The notes below the pieces were generated by a model. It saw only the letters and a program-made list of their open reading frames with translations, had not been told where the DNA came from and made no database searches. From assembly GCA_965223545.1 (NCBI GenBank), contig OZ245006.1:4416001-4480000 (forward strand): a DNA stretch of 64,000 nucleotides, written 5' to 3'. This stretch comes from Planctomycetota bacterium. GTDB lineage: Bacteria; Planctomycetota; UBA1135; UBA2386. Shown here one piece after another: positions 30,277-39,953 of this stretch. The first letter of the stretch is position 1; the number at the start of each line of letters is the position of its first letter. A program made the translations under genes and the position numbers.

Positions 30277-32097
30277 ATGACCGTGCTCTCCCGTCTCTTG
30301 GTTCCGCTGTTGGCTGCAGGCTTGAGTGCGCAGATCGACCCTCCGGTTTTCCCCGAGGGATCGCCCGTGCCGCGTTCGCTGACCGCGGGCGAAAGCGCAT
30401 GGCTGGCGGTGAATCCTCTCGCGGTGCCGGAGAGCGTCACACCGCCGCCGACCGGCCCGCTGCACTGCGCCGCCGAGTACGAGGCGATGGCGTCGATCCT
30501 GGTCGCCTGGGAGGGGCCGAGCGCATGGCTGCAGCTGTTGGCCAACATGGGCGCCGCGATCACTACCGTCGGTACCGCCGATTTCGTCGTCGTGCTCGAC
30601 AGTGCCGGCGAGGAAAGCGGGGCGCGGTCGCGGATCGCGGCCGCCGGGGCCGACATGGCGCGCGTCCGTTTCGTGGTCGTGCCCACCGACACGATCTGGA
30701 TCCGCGACTACGGTCCACGCTACGTGTTCCAGGGCGACGTGCGCGTGATCATCGATCACACCTACAACCGCCCGCGGCCGAAGGACAACGCCTTCAATGG
30801 CGGCTTCTCCGCGCTGCGCGGCCACCAGCGCTACGAGCTCGGCCTGGTGCACGGCGGCGGCAACTTCCACCTCGATGCGCGCGGCCGTGCGCGCACGACG
30901 CGGCTGATCAACAACGAGAACCCGACGCTCTCCGAGCCCGAGATCCACGACATCTGGCAGCGCTACCAGGCGGTGGACACCCGGTTCTACCAGCCGTTTC
31001 CGCGCAGCGTCGACTCGACCCAGCACATCGACATGTGGATGCAGGTGATCGCCGACGACGCCGTCGTGATCAGCGATTGGCCGTTCAACCCGGGCTCGGT
31101 GCAGGCGCAGATCTGCGACAGCACGGCGCAGGCGATGGCGGCCGAGGGCTACACCGTCCACCGGGTGCCGGCGCGCTCGGTCGGCGGAGTGCACTACACC
31201 TACACCAACGTCGTGCTGTGCAACGGTTTGGTCCTGATCCCGTCGTACACCAACTCCACCGTCTCGCCGCACAATGCGCAGGCACTGGCGGTGTGGCGCG
31301 CGGCCATGCCGAACAAGACCGTCCGGCAGCTCAACTGCCAGTCGATCGTCACCGCCGCCGGCGTCATGCACTGCATCGTCATGCACCAGCCCGGCCACCG
31401 CGGCGGCCTCGACCCGACGGCGTACCTCATCGACCTCAACGGCGGTGAGGTCTTGCAGCCCGGCCAGCCGGTGACCGTGCGGTGGGTGAGTGACGATGAC
31501 GTGGCTGTCGTCGGCGTCGATCTCTGGCTGTCGACCGATGGCGGCGGCACGTTCGCGACCCAGGTCGCCTCCGGGCTGCCGGCCAATGGCGAGTGGCTGT
31601 GGACGGTCCCCGACCTGTGCAGCGGGCAGGCCCGGCTGCGCGTCGTGGCGTCCGACGCGACCGGCGGCGTCGGCACCGACGACAGCGATGCCGATTTCGC
31701 GATTGCCGGCACGGGTTGCGCCGCGGCGGTCGCCAACTACGGCGCCGGCACTCCGGGCACGGCAGGGGTGCCGTCGTTGACTGCGACGCCGCCACGGCTC
31801 GGTGCGAGTGTGCGCTTCGATCTCGGCAGCGCATGGCCGTCGGCGTTGGGAGTGTTGGCGGTCGGTGCCAACTCGGCGTCGGCGCCGGTGCTCGGCGGCA
31901 CGCTCCTGGTGCAGCCGGCCGCGGTGCTGGGCGTCGCCACCGGCGCTGCCGGGACCGCGGCCGTCACCGTGGCGGTTCCCGGTGTCCTGTCGCTCGCCGG
32001 CCGCTCCTTGTTCTGGCAGGCGTGGATCGCCGGTGACCCGGGGGCACCGCAGGGGTTCGCGGCGTCCGCGGGTTTGGCGACGCGCCTCGGCTTCTGA
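30277..32097 (+). CDS. Secreted agmatine deiminase / peptidylarginine deiminase family protein
   Basis: WIRDYGP, HGGGNF, HIDMW, YTN, GVMHCI; signal peptide; Ig-like and C-terminal domains. Confidence 0.88.
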   Translation: MTVLSRLLVPLLAAGLSAQIDPPVFPEGSPVPRSLTAGESAWLAVNPLAVPESVTPPPTGPLHCAAEYEAMASILVAWEGPSAWLQLLANMGAAITTVGTADFVVVLDSAGEESGARSRIAAAGADMARVRFVVVPTDTIWIRDYGPRYVFQGDVRVIIDHTYNRPRPKDNAFNGGFSALRGHQRYELGLVHGGGNFHLDARGRARTTRLINNENPTLSEPEIHDIWQRYQAVDTRFYQPFPRSVDSTQHIDMWMQVIADDAVVISDWPFNPGSVQAQICDSTAQAMAAEGYTVHRVPARSVGGVHYTYTNVVLCNGLVLIPSYTNSTVSPHNAQALAVWRAAMPNKTVRQLNCQSIVTAAGVMHCIVMHQPGHRGGLDPTAYLIDLNGGEVLQPGQPVTVRWVSDDDVAVVGVDLWLSTDGGGTFATQVASGLPANGEWLWTVPDLCSGQARLRVVASDATGGVGTDDSDADFAIAGTGCAAAVANYGAGTPGTAGVPSLTATPPRLGASVRFDLGSAWPSALGVLAVGANSASAPVLGGTLLVQPAAVLGVATGAAGTAAVTVAVPGVLSLAGRSLFWQAWIAGDPGAPQGFAASAGLATRLGF

Positions 32098-32203
32098 GGC
32101 GCCGCAGATCGACATCCGGGTCGCCCCGACCACGGCCTCGGGAAGAACCGGGGGCGGCGCGCGCTTGCGCGCCGCGACCGACGGCGGTACCCCAGCCGGT
32201 CGC

Positions 32204-33643
32204 ATGCATGCTGCCAACCCTCCCGTGAAGCGTCGTCTGGACGAACTCGAGGCCAAGCTCGCCACCGAGAGCCCGATCCTGGTCGACGCGATCAAGGCGT
32301 TCCGCCGGCTGGACGCGACCGCGTACGAAATGGGCCTGCTCGACGGGGATGACAGCTACGCGAGCACGATCTCGTGGTGGCCGTGCGTCTCGATTCTCGG
32401 CACCTTCTCGGCCGGCAAGTCGAGCTTCGTCAACTACGTCTTGGGCAGCGATCTGCAGCGCACCGGCAACCAGGCCGTGGACGACAAGTTCACCGTGTTG
32501 TGCTACAGCCCCGACCCCGAGCCGAAGGTGCTGCCCGGGGTCGCGCTCGACTCGGATCCGCGGTTTCCGTTCTTTCGCATCAGCGAGCAGCTCGATCTGG
32601 ATTCGCCGGGCGAAGGCCAGCGCATCGACGCCTACTTGCAGCTCAAGACCTCCAACCACGAGCTGCTCAAGGGGTGCATCCTGATCGACTCTCCCGGCTT
32701 CGACGCCGACGCGCAGCGGACCGCGGTGCTGCGCATCGTCGATCACATCATCGATCTGTCCGATCTCGTGCTCGTGTTCTTCGATGCGCGGCGGCCCGAG
32801 CCCGGCGCGATGCGCGACACGCTGCGCCACCTCGTGGGCGGCACGGTGCGCCGGCACGACTCGGACAAGTTCGTGTTCGTGCTCAACCAGCTCGACGCCA
32901 CCGCGCGCGAGGACAATGCCGAGGAGATCGTCGCCGCCTGGCAGCGGTGTCTCGCCGAGCACGGTCTGACGGCCGGTCGCTTCTACTGCATCTACAACCC
33001 GCAGGCGGCGATGCCGATCGAGGACGCGCAGCTGCGCGCGCGCTACGAGGCCAAGCGCGACCGCGACCTCGGCGAGGTCCTGGAGCGCATCAGCAAGGTC
33101 GAGAACGGCCGTGCCTACCGCATCGTCTCGAGCCTGGGCAAGACCGCGGCCGCGGTCGAGGCCGCGGTGCCGCGTCTCGAAGGCGCGCTCGACCGCTGGC
33201 GCAACCGAGTCCTGGTGCTGGACGGCGTGGTCTTCGGTCTGTTGGGTCTGCTGGCCTTGCTGTTCTGGTGGGGTTCGGAGGCGCCAGTGCGCCAGCGTTG
33301 GCTCGACAGCATCGGCGAGCAGCCGTGGGTCGGGGTGGTCATGGCGGTCGTCGCCTTGGCCGGCCTTTTGTTCGTGCACCTGGCAATCCGCACCGCGGCC
33401 GCCAACGCGGTCGGACGCCGGCTCGGCGCCGACCCGGCCAGCGAGGGGACTGCCGGCAGCGTGCGCCGCGCGTTCGAGCGCAGCACCCGCCCCGGCCGCT
33501 CGATGTTGCTGGGCCGGCCCGCCGGCTGGTCTCGCGCGGCGCAGCGCGGCGTCGCCGAGGTTCGCCAGGTGGCGGCCGACTACGTGCGGCGGCTCAACGA
33601 TCACTTCGCCAGCGCGGGGGCGCAGCAAGAGAGCGAGGCGTGA
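32204..33643 (+). CDS. Dynamin/EHD-like P-loop NTPase with two TM helices
   Basis: GTFSAGKSS, IDSPGFD, VLNQLD; C-terminal TM pair. Confidence 0.8.
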   Translation: MHAANPPVKRRLDELEAKLATESPILVDAIKAFRRLDATAYEMGLLDGDDSYASTISWWPCVSILGTFSAGKSSFVNYVLGSDLQRTGNQAVDDKFTVLCYSPDPEPKVLPGVALDSDPRFPFFRISEQLDLDSPGEGQRIDAYLQLKTSNHELLKGCILIDSPGFDADAQRTAVLRIVDHIIDLSDLVLVFFDARRPEPGAMRDTLRHLVGGTVRRHDSDKFVFVLNQLDATAREDNAEEIVAAWQRCLAEHGLTAGRFYCIYNPQAAMPIEDAQLRARYEAKRDRDLGEVLERISKVENGRAYRIVSSLGKTAAAVEAAVPRLEGALDRWRNRVLVLDGVVFGLLGLLALLFWWGSEAPVRQRWLDSIGEQPWVGVVMAVVALAGLLFVHLAIRTAAANAVGRRLGADPASEGTAGSVRRAFERSTRPGRSMLLGRPAGWSRAAQRGVAEVRQVAADYVRRLNDHFASAGAQQESEA

Positions 33644-34317
33644 GCGCCCAGCGCGGCGCGATCTTCGACTGGGACGGAGTGCTGGTCGATTCGCACGACC
33701 AGCACGAGCGCGCGTGGCGCCAGTTCGCCGGCGATTGCGGCATCGAGCTGCCGGCCAGCTTCATCAAGGACACCTTCGGCATGCGCAACGAGGGCATCCT
33801 GCCGTACCTCGGGTTGGCCGAGCCCGGCGATCGCGACCGCATCGCCACGCTGGCGCTGCGCAAGGAGACGATCTACCGCGAGCTGGCCCAGCGCGAGGGG
33901 TTGCCGCCCCTGCCCGGGGTGCGCTCGTTCTTGGCAGCCCTCGCCGACGCCGGCGTGCCGTGCGTGATCGGCTCGTCGGCGCCGCGCGACAACATCACCC
34001 CGGTGCTGGAGCGCGAGGGGCTGCGCGAGGCGTTCGTCGATCTGGTGGCGGCCGAAGACGTCGAGCGCGGCAAGCCCGATCCCGAGGTGTTCGTCCGCTG
34101 CGCGCAGCGCATCGGTCTGCCGCCGGAGCGGTGTGCGGTCTTCGAGGACGCCCTGGTGGGGGTCGCCGCGGCCCGCGCTGCCGGCTGCGTGGTCGTCGCG
34201 GTGACCAACACGCATCCCGCCGCCTCGTTCACCGACGTCGACCACGTGCTGGATGGGTTGCAAGGCATGGACGCCGCGCGCTTCGCGCGCCTGTTCGACG
34301 CCGGTCCGCTATCGTGA
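33640..34317 (+). CDS. HAD-family phosphatase (beta-PGM/CbbY-like)
   Basis: IFDWDGVLVDS, GKPDPE, FEDA; GTG overlaps upstream stop. Confidence 0.88.
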   Translation: MSAQRGAIFDWDGVLVDSHDQHERAWRQFAGDCGIELPASFIKDTFGMRNEGILPYLGLAEPGDRDRIATLALRKETIYRELAQREGLPPLPGVRSFLAALADAGVPCVIGSSAPRDNITPVLEREGLREAFVDLVAAEDVERGKPDPEVFVRCAQRIGLPPERCAVFEDALVGVAAARAAGCVVVAVTNTHPAASFTDVDHVLDGLQGMDAARFARLFDAGPLS

Positions 34318-34323
34318 GTGGTC

Positions 34324-34746
34324 ATGGCCGAGACCACCGCGACCTGTCTGTGCGGAAGCGTCGAGCTCCGCATCGCGCTGCCACCCAAGTGGGTCGGACA
34401 CTGCCACTGCGTCAACTGCCGGCGCGCGCAAGGTGCCGGTGTCTGGACCTACGCCACGTTCACCCCTGACGCGGTCCGCGTCGCCCGCGGCGCCGGCGAG
34501 CTCACGCGCTATCAGTCCGACACGCAGGCCACGCGCCAGTTTTGCCGGCGCTGCGGCAGCACCCTCACCTACGAGTCGCCGCGCTGGCCGAACACCATCG
34601 ACGTCTCGGTGGGTTGCGTCGACGGCGACCTGGGCGTGGCTCCGTCGAAGCACATGTATGCGGACCGCAGTCCGCAGTGGTGTCCGATCCTCGACGACTT
34701 GCCCCGGTACGGCGGCAGCCACAGCGAGCAGCGCATGGACGGTTAA
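34324..34746 (+). CDS. GFA/CENP-V family protein
   Basis: CLCG, CHCVNCRR, FCRRCGS zinc motifs. Confidence 0.9.
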   Translation: MAETTATCLCGSVELRIALPPKWVGHCHCVNCRRAQGAGVWTYATFTPDAVRVARGAGELTRYQSDTQATRQFCRRCGSTLTYESPRWPNTIDVSVGCVDGDLGVAPSKHMYADRSPQWCPILDDLPRYGGSHSEQRMDG

Positions 34747-34777
34747 CCGAGTTGGTGTTGCAGGGCGGAGACACATC

Positions 34778-37288
34778 GTGTTTCGAAGCCGATTCCAGTA
34801 CCTCGCCACGACCGTCTCGCTGTTCGTGATGGTTGCGGCCTCCGGCCCGCTTCCGGCGCAGCTGCAGTCGGCGGTCGCACAGCATCGGAGCGTCGATGCA
34901 CGCCGGTGCTTGCCGAGCCACTTCGTCGCCAACGCCGGGCAGTGGCACTCGGACGTCCACTACGCAATCCGGACGCAGGGCATGGTGATCGGCGCCTGCC
35001 AGTCGTCGCTACTGCTCCGATTCCCACAGGGCGATCGCGGTCGCGAGCTGCGCCTGTCATTCCGTGGGGCCGCCCCGGACTGCCGCCTCGAGAGCGAGGG
35101 CTTGGCCCGCGAGCGCTTGTCCTTCGTGTTGGGGGACGACCCCGCGCGGTGGCGCCACGATGTGCGCTCGTACGAGTCGTTGCGGTGGCGCGGGGTGTAC
35201 GACGGGATCGACGCGGTGCTGCGCAGGGCCGCCGATGGGCAAGTGCACTACGACTTCGTCTTGCAGCCAGGGGTCGACGCCAGCCGGATCGTGGTGGACT
35301 GCAGCGGCGGGCTGGCGCTTCGCATCGCCGAGAACGGAGACCTGCGCGTCGTGGCGCCCGGTGGCGAGCTGCGCCACTCCGCTCCCGTCGCTTGGGAGGA
35401 GCACGATGGGGTCTCTCGCCCGGTGCCGTGCCGGTTTCGCGTGCTCGGTGGCCACTCGTTCGGCTTCGAAGTCGAGGCGCAGCGGGGCCCCGGCACGCTG
35501 ACCATCGACCCCGGCCTGACTTGGTCCAGCTATTACGGAGGCGGCCAAGACGAGTTCGCCGAGGACGTTGCGTGGGGCCCCGGCGGCAGTGTCGTCGTGG
35601 TGGGGCGGACGTCGTCTGCGGGATTGTTCGCGACCGCGGGAGCCTACGACCCGAGCCACAACGGCGGCGAGGACGTCTTCCTCGCGCAGCTGGACGCCGC
35701 CGGGCGATTGCAGGCCGCGACGTTTCTGGGCGGGAAAGGCGACGACCGTCCGAGTGCCGTCGTAGTGGATCCATCGGGGGGTGCAGTCGTCGTGGGGTGG
35801 ACCTTCAGCAGTGACTTTCCGACGACGCCCAACGCCTTCGACCGCACTGCGAACGCCGGATTCGACGCCTTCGTGGCGCGCTTGGCACCAGCGGCGCGCG
35901 GCCTCTTGCAGGCGACCTATCTGGGCGGCTCGTTTCACGACTACGCCACCGATGTGGAGCTCGAAGCCGATGGCAGCCTCGTTGTCGTTGGCCTGACGAG
36001 ATCCGGGGACTTCCCGACAACGCCGTTTGTCTCGCAGGCCTCGATGCAGGGGAAGCAGGATGGTTTTGTCACCAAGCTCGCGGCGGGCGGTGGCGCGCTG
36101 TCCTTCTCGACGTTCCTCGGCGGGAGCGGAACCGACACCTGCGATTCGGTCGGTATCGACTCGGTCGGTCGTGTCACCGTGGGGGGCACGACCACGTCGA
36201 ACGACTACCCGGTCACTTCCGGCGCCTACAGTACCGCCCTCTCGGGTCCCTCTGACTGCGTTGTGGTGCAGTTGGCCCCAAGCGGATCTTCAGCGGTCTT
36301 CGCCACCTACTTTGGCGGCGATGGGCAAGAGTGGTTGTCGGGACTCGAGATCGACGGCGCGGGCGCGCTGGTGATCGCGGGGCACACCACCTCCTCTGGG
36401 CTCGCCACCCCCGGCGCATTCGATCCCAGCTTGAACGGAGTGTCCGACGGCTTCGTCGCGAAGCTGAACGCGCAAGCGACGGCGGTCCAGTTCGCGACCT
36501 ACTTGGGAGGTGGAGGGCCGGAATCGATGCTCGGCCTGGCTCTCACCTCGCGGGGCGAGGCGGTGGTTGTCGGGAGTACGTCTTCGCCCAATTGGCCGAC
36601 GACGCTGGGTTCTCTCCAGCCGGTGATTCCCAGCTTCGCCACCCCGTTTCGAGGCGACGGTTTCGTCACCAAGCTCTCGGACAACGGTGATCGTCTGGTG
36701 TACTCGACGTTCTTGGCGGACCCGGGCGGGGACGCCGTGCGTGGCCTCGACCTGGACGATCTCGATGTGGCCGTTGCGGCGGGAGCCACGGATGGCGCGA
36801 GCTTCCCGGTGACTCCCGGCGCCGCTCAGCCGACGATTGGTGGCGGCTACGATGCCACGATCTCCGTCTTGGACCTGCTGCCAACGGGCGCGACGGCGTT
36901 CGGCTCGTCCAGCCCGGGTTGCGCCGGGCCGCTGCCGATCGGCATCGACTCGTGGCCGGGGGTGGGGACGACCTTCGCGGTGACTTGTGGCAACGCGCCG
37001 CCGCTCGGCGTCGGCGTGGCGTACTTTGGCGCGCTGGGTCTCTCCGCACCCCTACCTGTCGCAGGTATGAACCTGTGGGTCGATCCGAACGGTGCGTGGA
37101 CGCTGCCGATCCCGGCGACGAGCAACGCAGTGGGGGCCGCCGACTTTCCGGTGCGGGTTCCCCAGCGGGCGGGGTTGGTCGGCACCGGCTTCGTCGCGCA
37201 GTTCGTCTGGCTCGATCCAGGTGCTGTGCCGCCGTGTCCGCCGATGGGGGTGTCCGGCTCCAACGGGCTCAGTCTGGTCTTGCAGTAG
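34778..37288 (+). CDS. Secreted SBBP-repeat protein
   Basis: FVANAGQW, LTIDP, TFLGG..D / G.T.S.DFPTT repeats; recurring C-terminal domain. Confidence 0.85.
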   Translation: MFRSRFQYLATTVSLFVMVAASGPLPAQLQSAVAQHRSVDARRCLPSHFVANAGQWHSDVHYAIRTQGMVIGACQSSLLLRFPQGDRGRELRLSFRGAAPDCRLESEGLARERLSFVLGDDPARWRHDVRSYESLRWRGVYDGIDAVLRRAADGQVHYDFVLQPGVDASRIVVDCSGGLALRIAENGDLRVVAPGGELRHSAPVAWEEHDGVSRPVPCRFRVLGGHSFGFEVEAQRGPGTLTIDPGLTWSSYYGGGQDEFAEDVAWGPGGSVVVVGRTSSAGLFATAGAYDPSHNGGEDVFLAQLDAAGRLQAATFLGGKGDDRPSAVVVDPSGGAVVVGWTFSSDFPTTPNAFDRTANAGFDAFVARLAPAARGLLQATYLGGSFHDYATDVELEADGSLVVVGLTRSGDFPTTPFVSQASMQGKQDGFVTKLAAGGGALSFSTFLGGSGTDTCDSVGIDSVGRVTVGGTTTSNDYPVTSGAYSTALSGPSDCVVVQLAPSGSSAVFATYFGGDGQEWLSGLEIDGAGALVIAGHTTSSGLATPGAFDPSLNGVSDGFVAKLNAQATAVQFATYLGGGGPESMLGLALTSRGEAVVVGSTSSPNWPTTLGSLQPVIPSFATPFRGDGFVTKLSDNGDRLVYSTFLADPGGDAVRGLDLDDLDVAVAAGATDGASFPVTPGAAQPTIGGGYDATISVLDLLPTGATAFGSSSPGCAGPLPIGIDSWPGVGTTFAVTCGNAPPLGVGVAYFGALGLSAPLPVAGMNLWVDPNGAWTLPIPATSNAVGAADFPVRVPQRAGLVGTGFVAQFVWLDPGAVPPCPPMGVSGSNGLSLVLQ

Positions 37289-37301
37289 CCGGCCCCGCGC
37301 G

Positions 37302-37505
37302 CTCAACGCGGCCAGGGCCGCAACCAACCCGGAGCGGGCCGTCGACCGGAGCGGAGCCAGCGATTCCAGCGGTGCCGGACGGCCGCGCTGAGCGCAGACG
37401 CCAGTGTTGCTTTCGAGCGCCCGGGAGTTGCGGTACCGAAGTGCTGACGACAGCGGGCTTCGGAAAGGTTGTCGCCGCGCGAAGATTCTCGGCCCCGCGC
37501 GCTCA
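37302..37505 (+). mobile_element. Diverged full-length copy of the ~200-bp CTCA element
   Basis: Shares GGCCGCAACCAA, GGCCGCGCTGAG, CCAGTGTTG, AGGTTGTCGCCGCGCGAAGATT; CTCA at 37302 and 37502. Confidence 0.8.
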
Positions 37506-38699
37506 CAGCACTTGCCAAGAGCAACACGCGACCCCCTCGCGCCGAAACGACTGATCCCCGGCGTAGAACAGCGCGGCCGGCCGATCGGGGTCGCCCGCCA
37601 GCCGCCGCCAGTAATGCAGTCCGGCGAAGAAGTCGGCCGCGATCGTCTGCCCCGATTTAATCTCGACGGGGATCGGATGCGGACCCTCGTCGATGAGCAC
37701 GTCGACCTCGTGACCGGTCGAGTCGCGCCAGAACCAGAGTCGAGGCTCCTGCCCGGCGTGGCAGTAGCTCTTGTAGAGCTCGGAGACGACGAAACTCTCG
37801 AACACGGCGCCGCGCGACGAGTGATGGCGCAGCTCGTCGGGCGTGCGGATGCCGAGCAGGAAACAGAGCAGGCCAGTATCGAGAAAGTAGAGTTTGGGGC
37901 TGCGGATCAGGCGCTTGTTGAAGCTCTGGTGGTGGGGTCGCAGTAGGAAAACGACGAAGCTCGCCTCGAGGACCGACAGCCATCGCTTTGCCGTCGTGTG
38001 GGTGATGCCGCAGTCGTTGCCCAGGGCCGTCAGGTTGAGGAGCTGGCCGTTGCGGCCCGCGCACAGGAGCACGAAGCGGTGAAATGCTTCGAGGTCGCCA
38101 ACGTTGACCAGCTCGCGGACGTCTCGCTCGACGTAGGTGCGGTGGTAGTCGCGCAGCCACGGCTGGGGGTCGAGCCCCTTGTCGTGGATGCGCGGGTACA
38201 AGCCGCGAAACAGCACGTCGAGAAACGCTTCGTCGAACGACCTGCCCGCTCCGGGCATGCGGTGGCCGATCGACGCGGGCGCCAGAGGCTTGCGTCCGGC
38301 GAGCTCGCTGAGGGAGAACGGCAAGAGGTGGAAGATCGCCGTGCGGCCGGCGAGCGACTGCGAGATGCTCCGGGACAGCAAGAAGTTCTGCGACCCGGTG
38401 AGCACGTAGCGACCGGGACGGTCGGCCTCGTCGACGCGCGTTTGGATGTACGAGAACAGGTCGGGTGCGCGCTGTGCCTCGTCGAGGATGACGCCACCGC
38501 GGAACTGGTCCAGAAAGCCGCGGGGATCGGTGGTCGCGTAGTCTCGCGTGTCGGGTTCTTCGAGCGAGACGTAGTCGTGCTGGCCGAACGTAGCGCGGGC
38601 CAAGGTCGTCTTGCCTGATTGGCGCGGTCCGGTCAGCGTGACCACCGGCTGCTGGCTGGCTGCCTTGCGGAGGGCGGTCCGAAGCTCGCGCTGGATCAC
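37503..38699 (-). CDS. AAA_14 ATP-binding protein with DUF4143 (COG1373)
   Basis: GPRQSGKTT, ILDEAQ, LTGSQ, KLYFLDTG, HEVDVL..PVEIKS. Confidence 0.92.
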   Translation of the reverse strand: MIQRELRTALRKAASQQPVVTLTGPRQSGKTTLARATFGQHDYVSLEEPDTRDYATTDPRGFLDQFRGGVILDEAQRAPDLFSYIQTRVDEADRPGRYVLTGSQNFLLSRSISQSLAGRTAIFHLLPFSLSELAGRKPLAPASIGHRMPGAGRSFDEAFLDVLFRGLYPRIHDKGLDPQPWLRDYHRTYVERDVRELVNVGDLEAFHRFVLLCAGRNGQLLNLTALGNDCGITHTTAKRWLSVLEASFVVFLLRPHHQSFNKRLIRSPKLYFLDTGLLCFLLGIRTPDELRHHSSRGAVFESFVVSELYKSYCHAGQEPRLWFWRDSTGHEVDVLIDEGPHPIPVEIKSGQTIAADFFAGLHYWRRLAGDPDRPAALFYAGDQSFRREGVACCSWQVL

Positions 38700-38705
38700 G
38701 GTGGG

Positions 38706-38738
38706 ATCGTACAGATTGAATATCTGAAATTCAATCTG
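38706..38738 (-). promoter_or_regulatory. Sigma70-like promoter overlapped by a palindromic operator
   Basis: Minus strand TTGAAT-17nt-TACGAT, 6 nt before GTG; inverted repeat CAGATTGAAT-N7-ATTCAATCTG (38712-38738). Confidence 0.6.
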
Positions 38739-38810
38739 CAAGATCTCCAAGGGCCCACCCCCAGCCCCCGCCCCGGGGCCGGTTCGCGCCTGCTGCCGGC
38801 CCGCAGCCGG

Positions 38811-39908
38811 TCAGCTGCCGGCGCGGCTCGGGACCGGCCGCCGCGGCCGCTGCTCGAGCGCCTTCTCGAAGATGCTCTTGTTGTGCGCGTGCAAGAACGC
38901 GTCGCGCGGGTCGACGATGTTGCTGACCACCAGGTCGCGCAGAGCGTCGTCCAGGGTGTGCATGCCGTGGCTGCGGCCACTCTGCATCACGTTGGCGAGG
39001 TCTTGGGTCTTGCCCTCGCGGATGATGTTGCTCACCGCCGGGGTCGAGATCAGGACCTCGGTGGCGGGCACGCGACCGCCGACGTCGCGGCGGGGCAGCA
39101 GCACCTGGCTAATGATGCCGGCGAGACACTGGGACAGCATGGTCCGCACCTGCGGTTGCTCGGACGGCGGGAACACGTCGATGATGCGGTCGATCGAGTC
39201 GGTGGCGCCGTTGGTGTGCAGCGTGGCGAACACCAGCATGCCGAGCTCGGCCGCCGTCAGGGCGCGGCGGATGCTCTCCAGGTCGCGCAGCTCGCCGATC
39301 AGCAGGACGTCGGGGTCCTCGCGCGTCGCATCGATGATGCCGGTCTCGAAGTCGACGATGTCGTAGTGCATCCCGCGCTGGTGGATGATCGAGCGCTTGG
39401 GCGTGTGCAAGAACTCGATCGGGTCCTCGAGCGTGATGATGTGCTTGCGGTATTGATCGTTGATCGCGTCGATGATCGCGGCCTGGGTCGAGGTCTTGCC
39501 GGAGCCCGTCGCGCCGGTGACCAGCACCATTCCGCGGTGCATGTGGGCGAAGTCGTTGAGCGACGAGGGCAGCCCGAGCTGGCTCAGCGACGGCACCTTG
39601 GCCGGAATGCTGCGGAACACGACCGCCGGGCCCCAGTGGTCGTGGAAGTAGTTGCAGCGAAAGCGGCCGAGGGTCGGGTTGCCGTAGGCGAAGTCGAGCT
39701 CCTTGCGCCGCTCGAGACACTCGAGCTGGTCGGGGGTCAGGATGCCGCGCACCAGGTGGGTGATGATCTCGGCGGTCAGCGGCTTCATCTGCTGCTCGCG
39801 CACCAGGTCGCCGTCGATCCGAAAGCGCGGCTCGGTGCCAACCCGCAAGTGCAGATCGGAAGCACCGACCTCGTTCATCCTTTGAAACAGCTTGTCGATT
39901 TGCGGCAT
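38811..39908 (-). CDS. pilT: Type IV pilus retraction ATPase PilT/PilU
   Basis: ASDLHL, GATGSGKTST, EDPIE, GELRD, TLHT, AVSNIIRE. Confidence 0.9.
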   Translation of the reverse strand: MPQIDKLFQRMNEVGASDLHLRVGTEPRFRIDGDLVREQQMKPLTAEIITHLVRGILTPDQLECLERRKELDFAYGNPTLGRFRCNYFHDHWGPAVVFRSIPAKVPSLSQLGLPSSLNDFAHMHRGMVLVTGATGSGKTSTQAAIIDAINDQYRKHIITLEDPIEFLHTPKRSIIHQRGMHYDIVDFETGIIDATREDPDVLLIGELRDLESIRRALTAAELGMLVFATLHTNGATDSIDRIIDVFPPSEQPQVRTMLSQCLAGIISQVLLPRRDVGGRVPATEVLISTPAVSNIIREGKTQDLANVMQSGRSHGMHTLDDALRDLVVSNIVDPRDAFLHAHNKSIFEKALEQRPRRPVPSRAGS

Positions 39909-39953
39909 CGTCTCACCTATCCCGAGGGCGCCCCTGGTTCTTCCAAAACAGCT

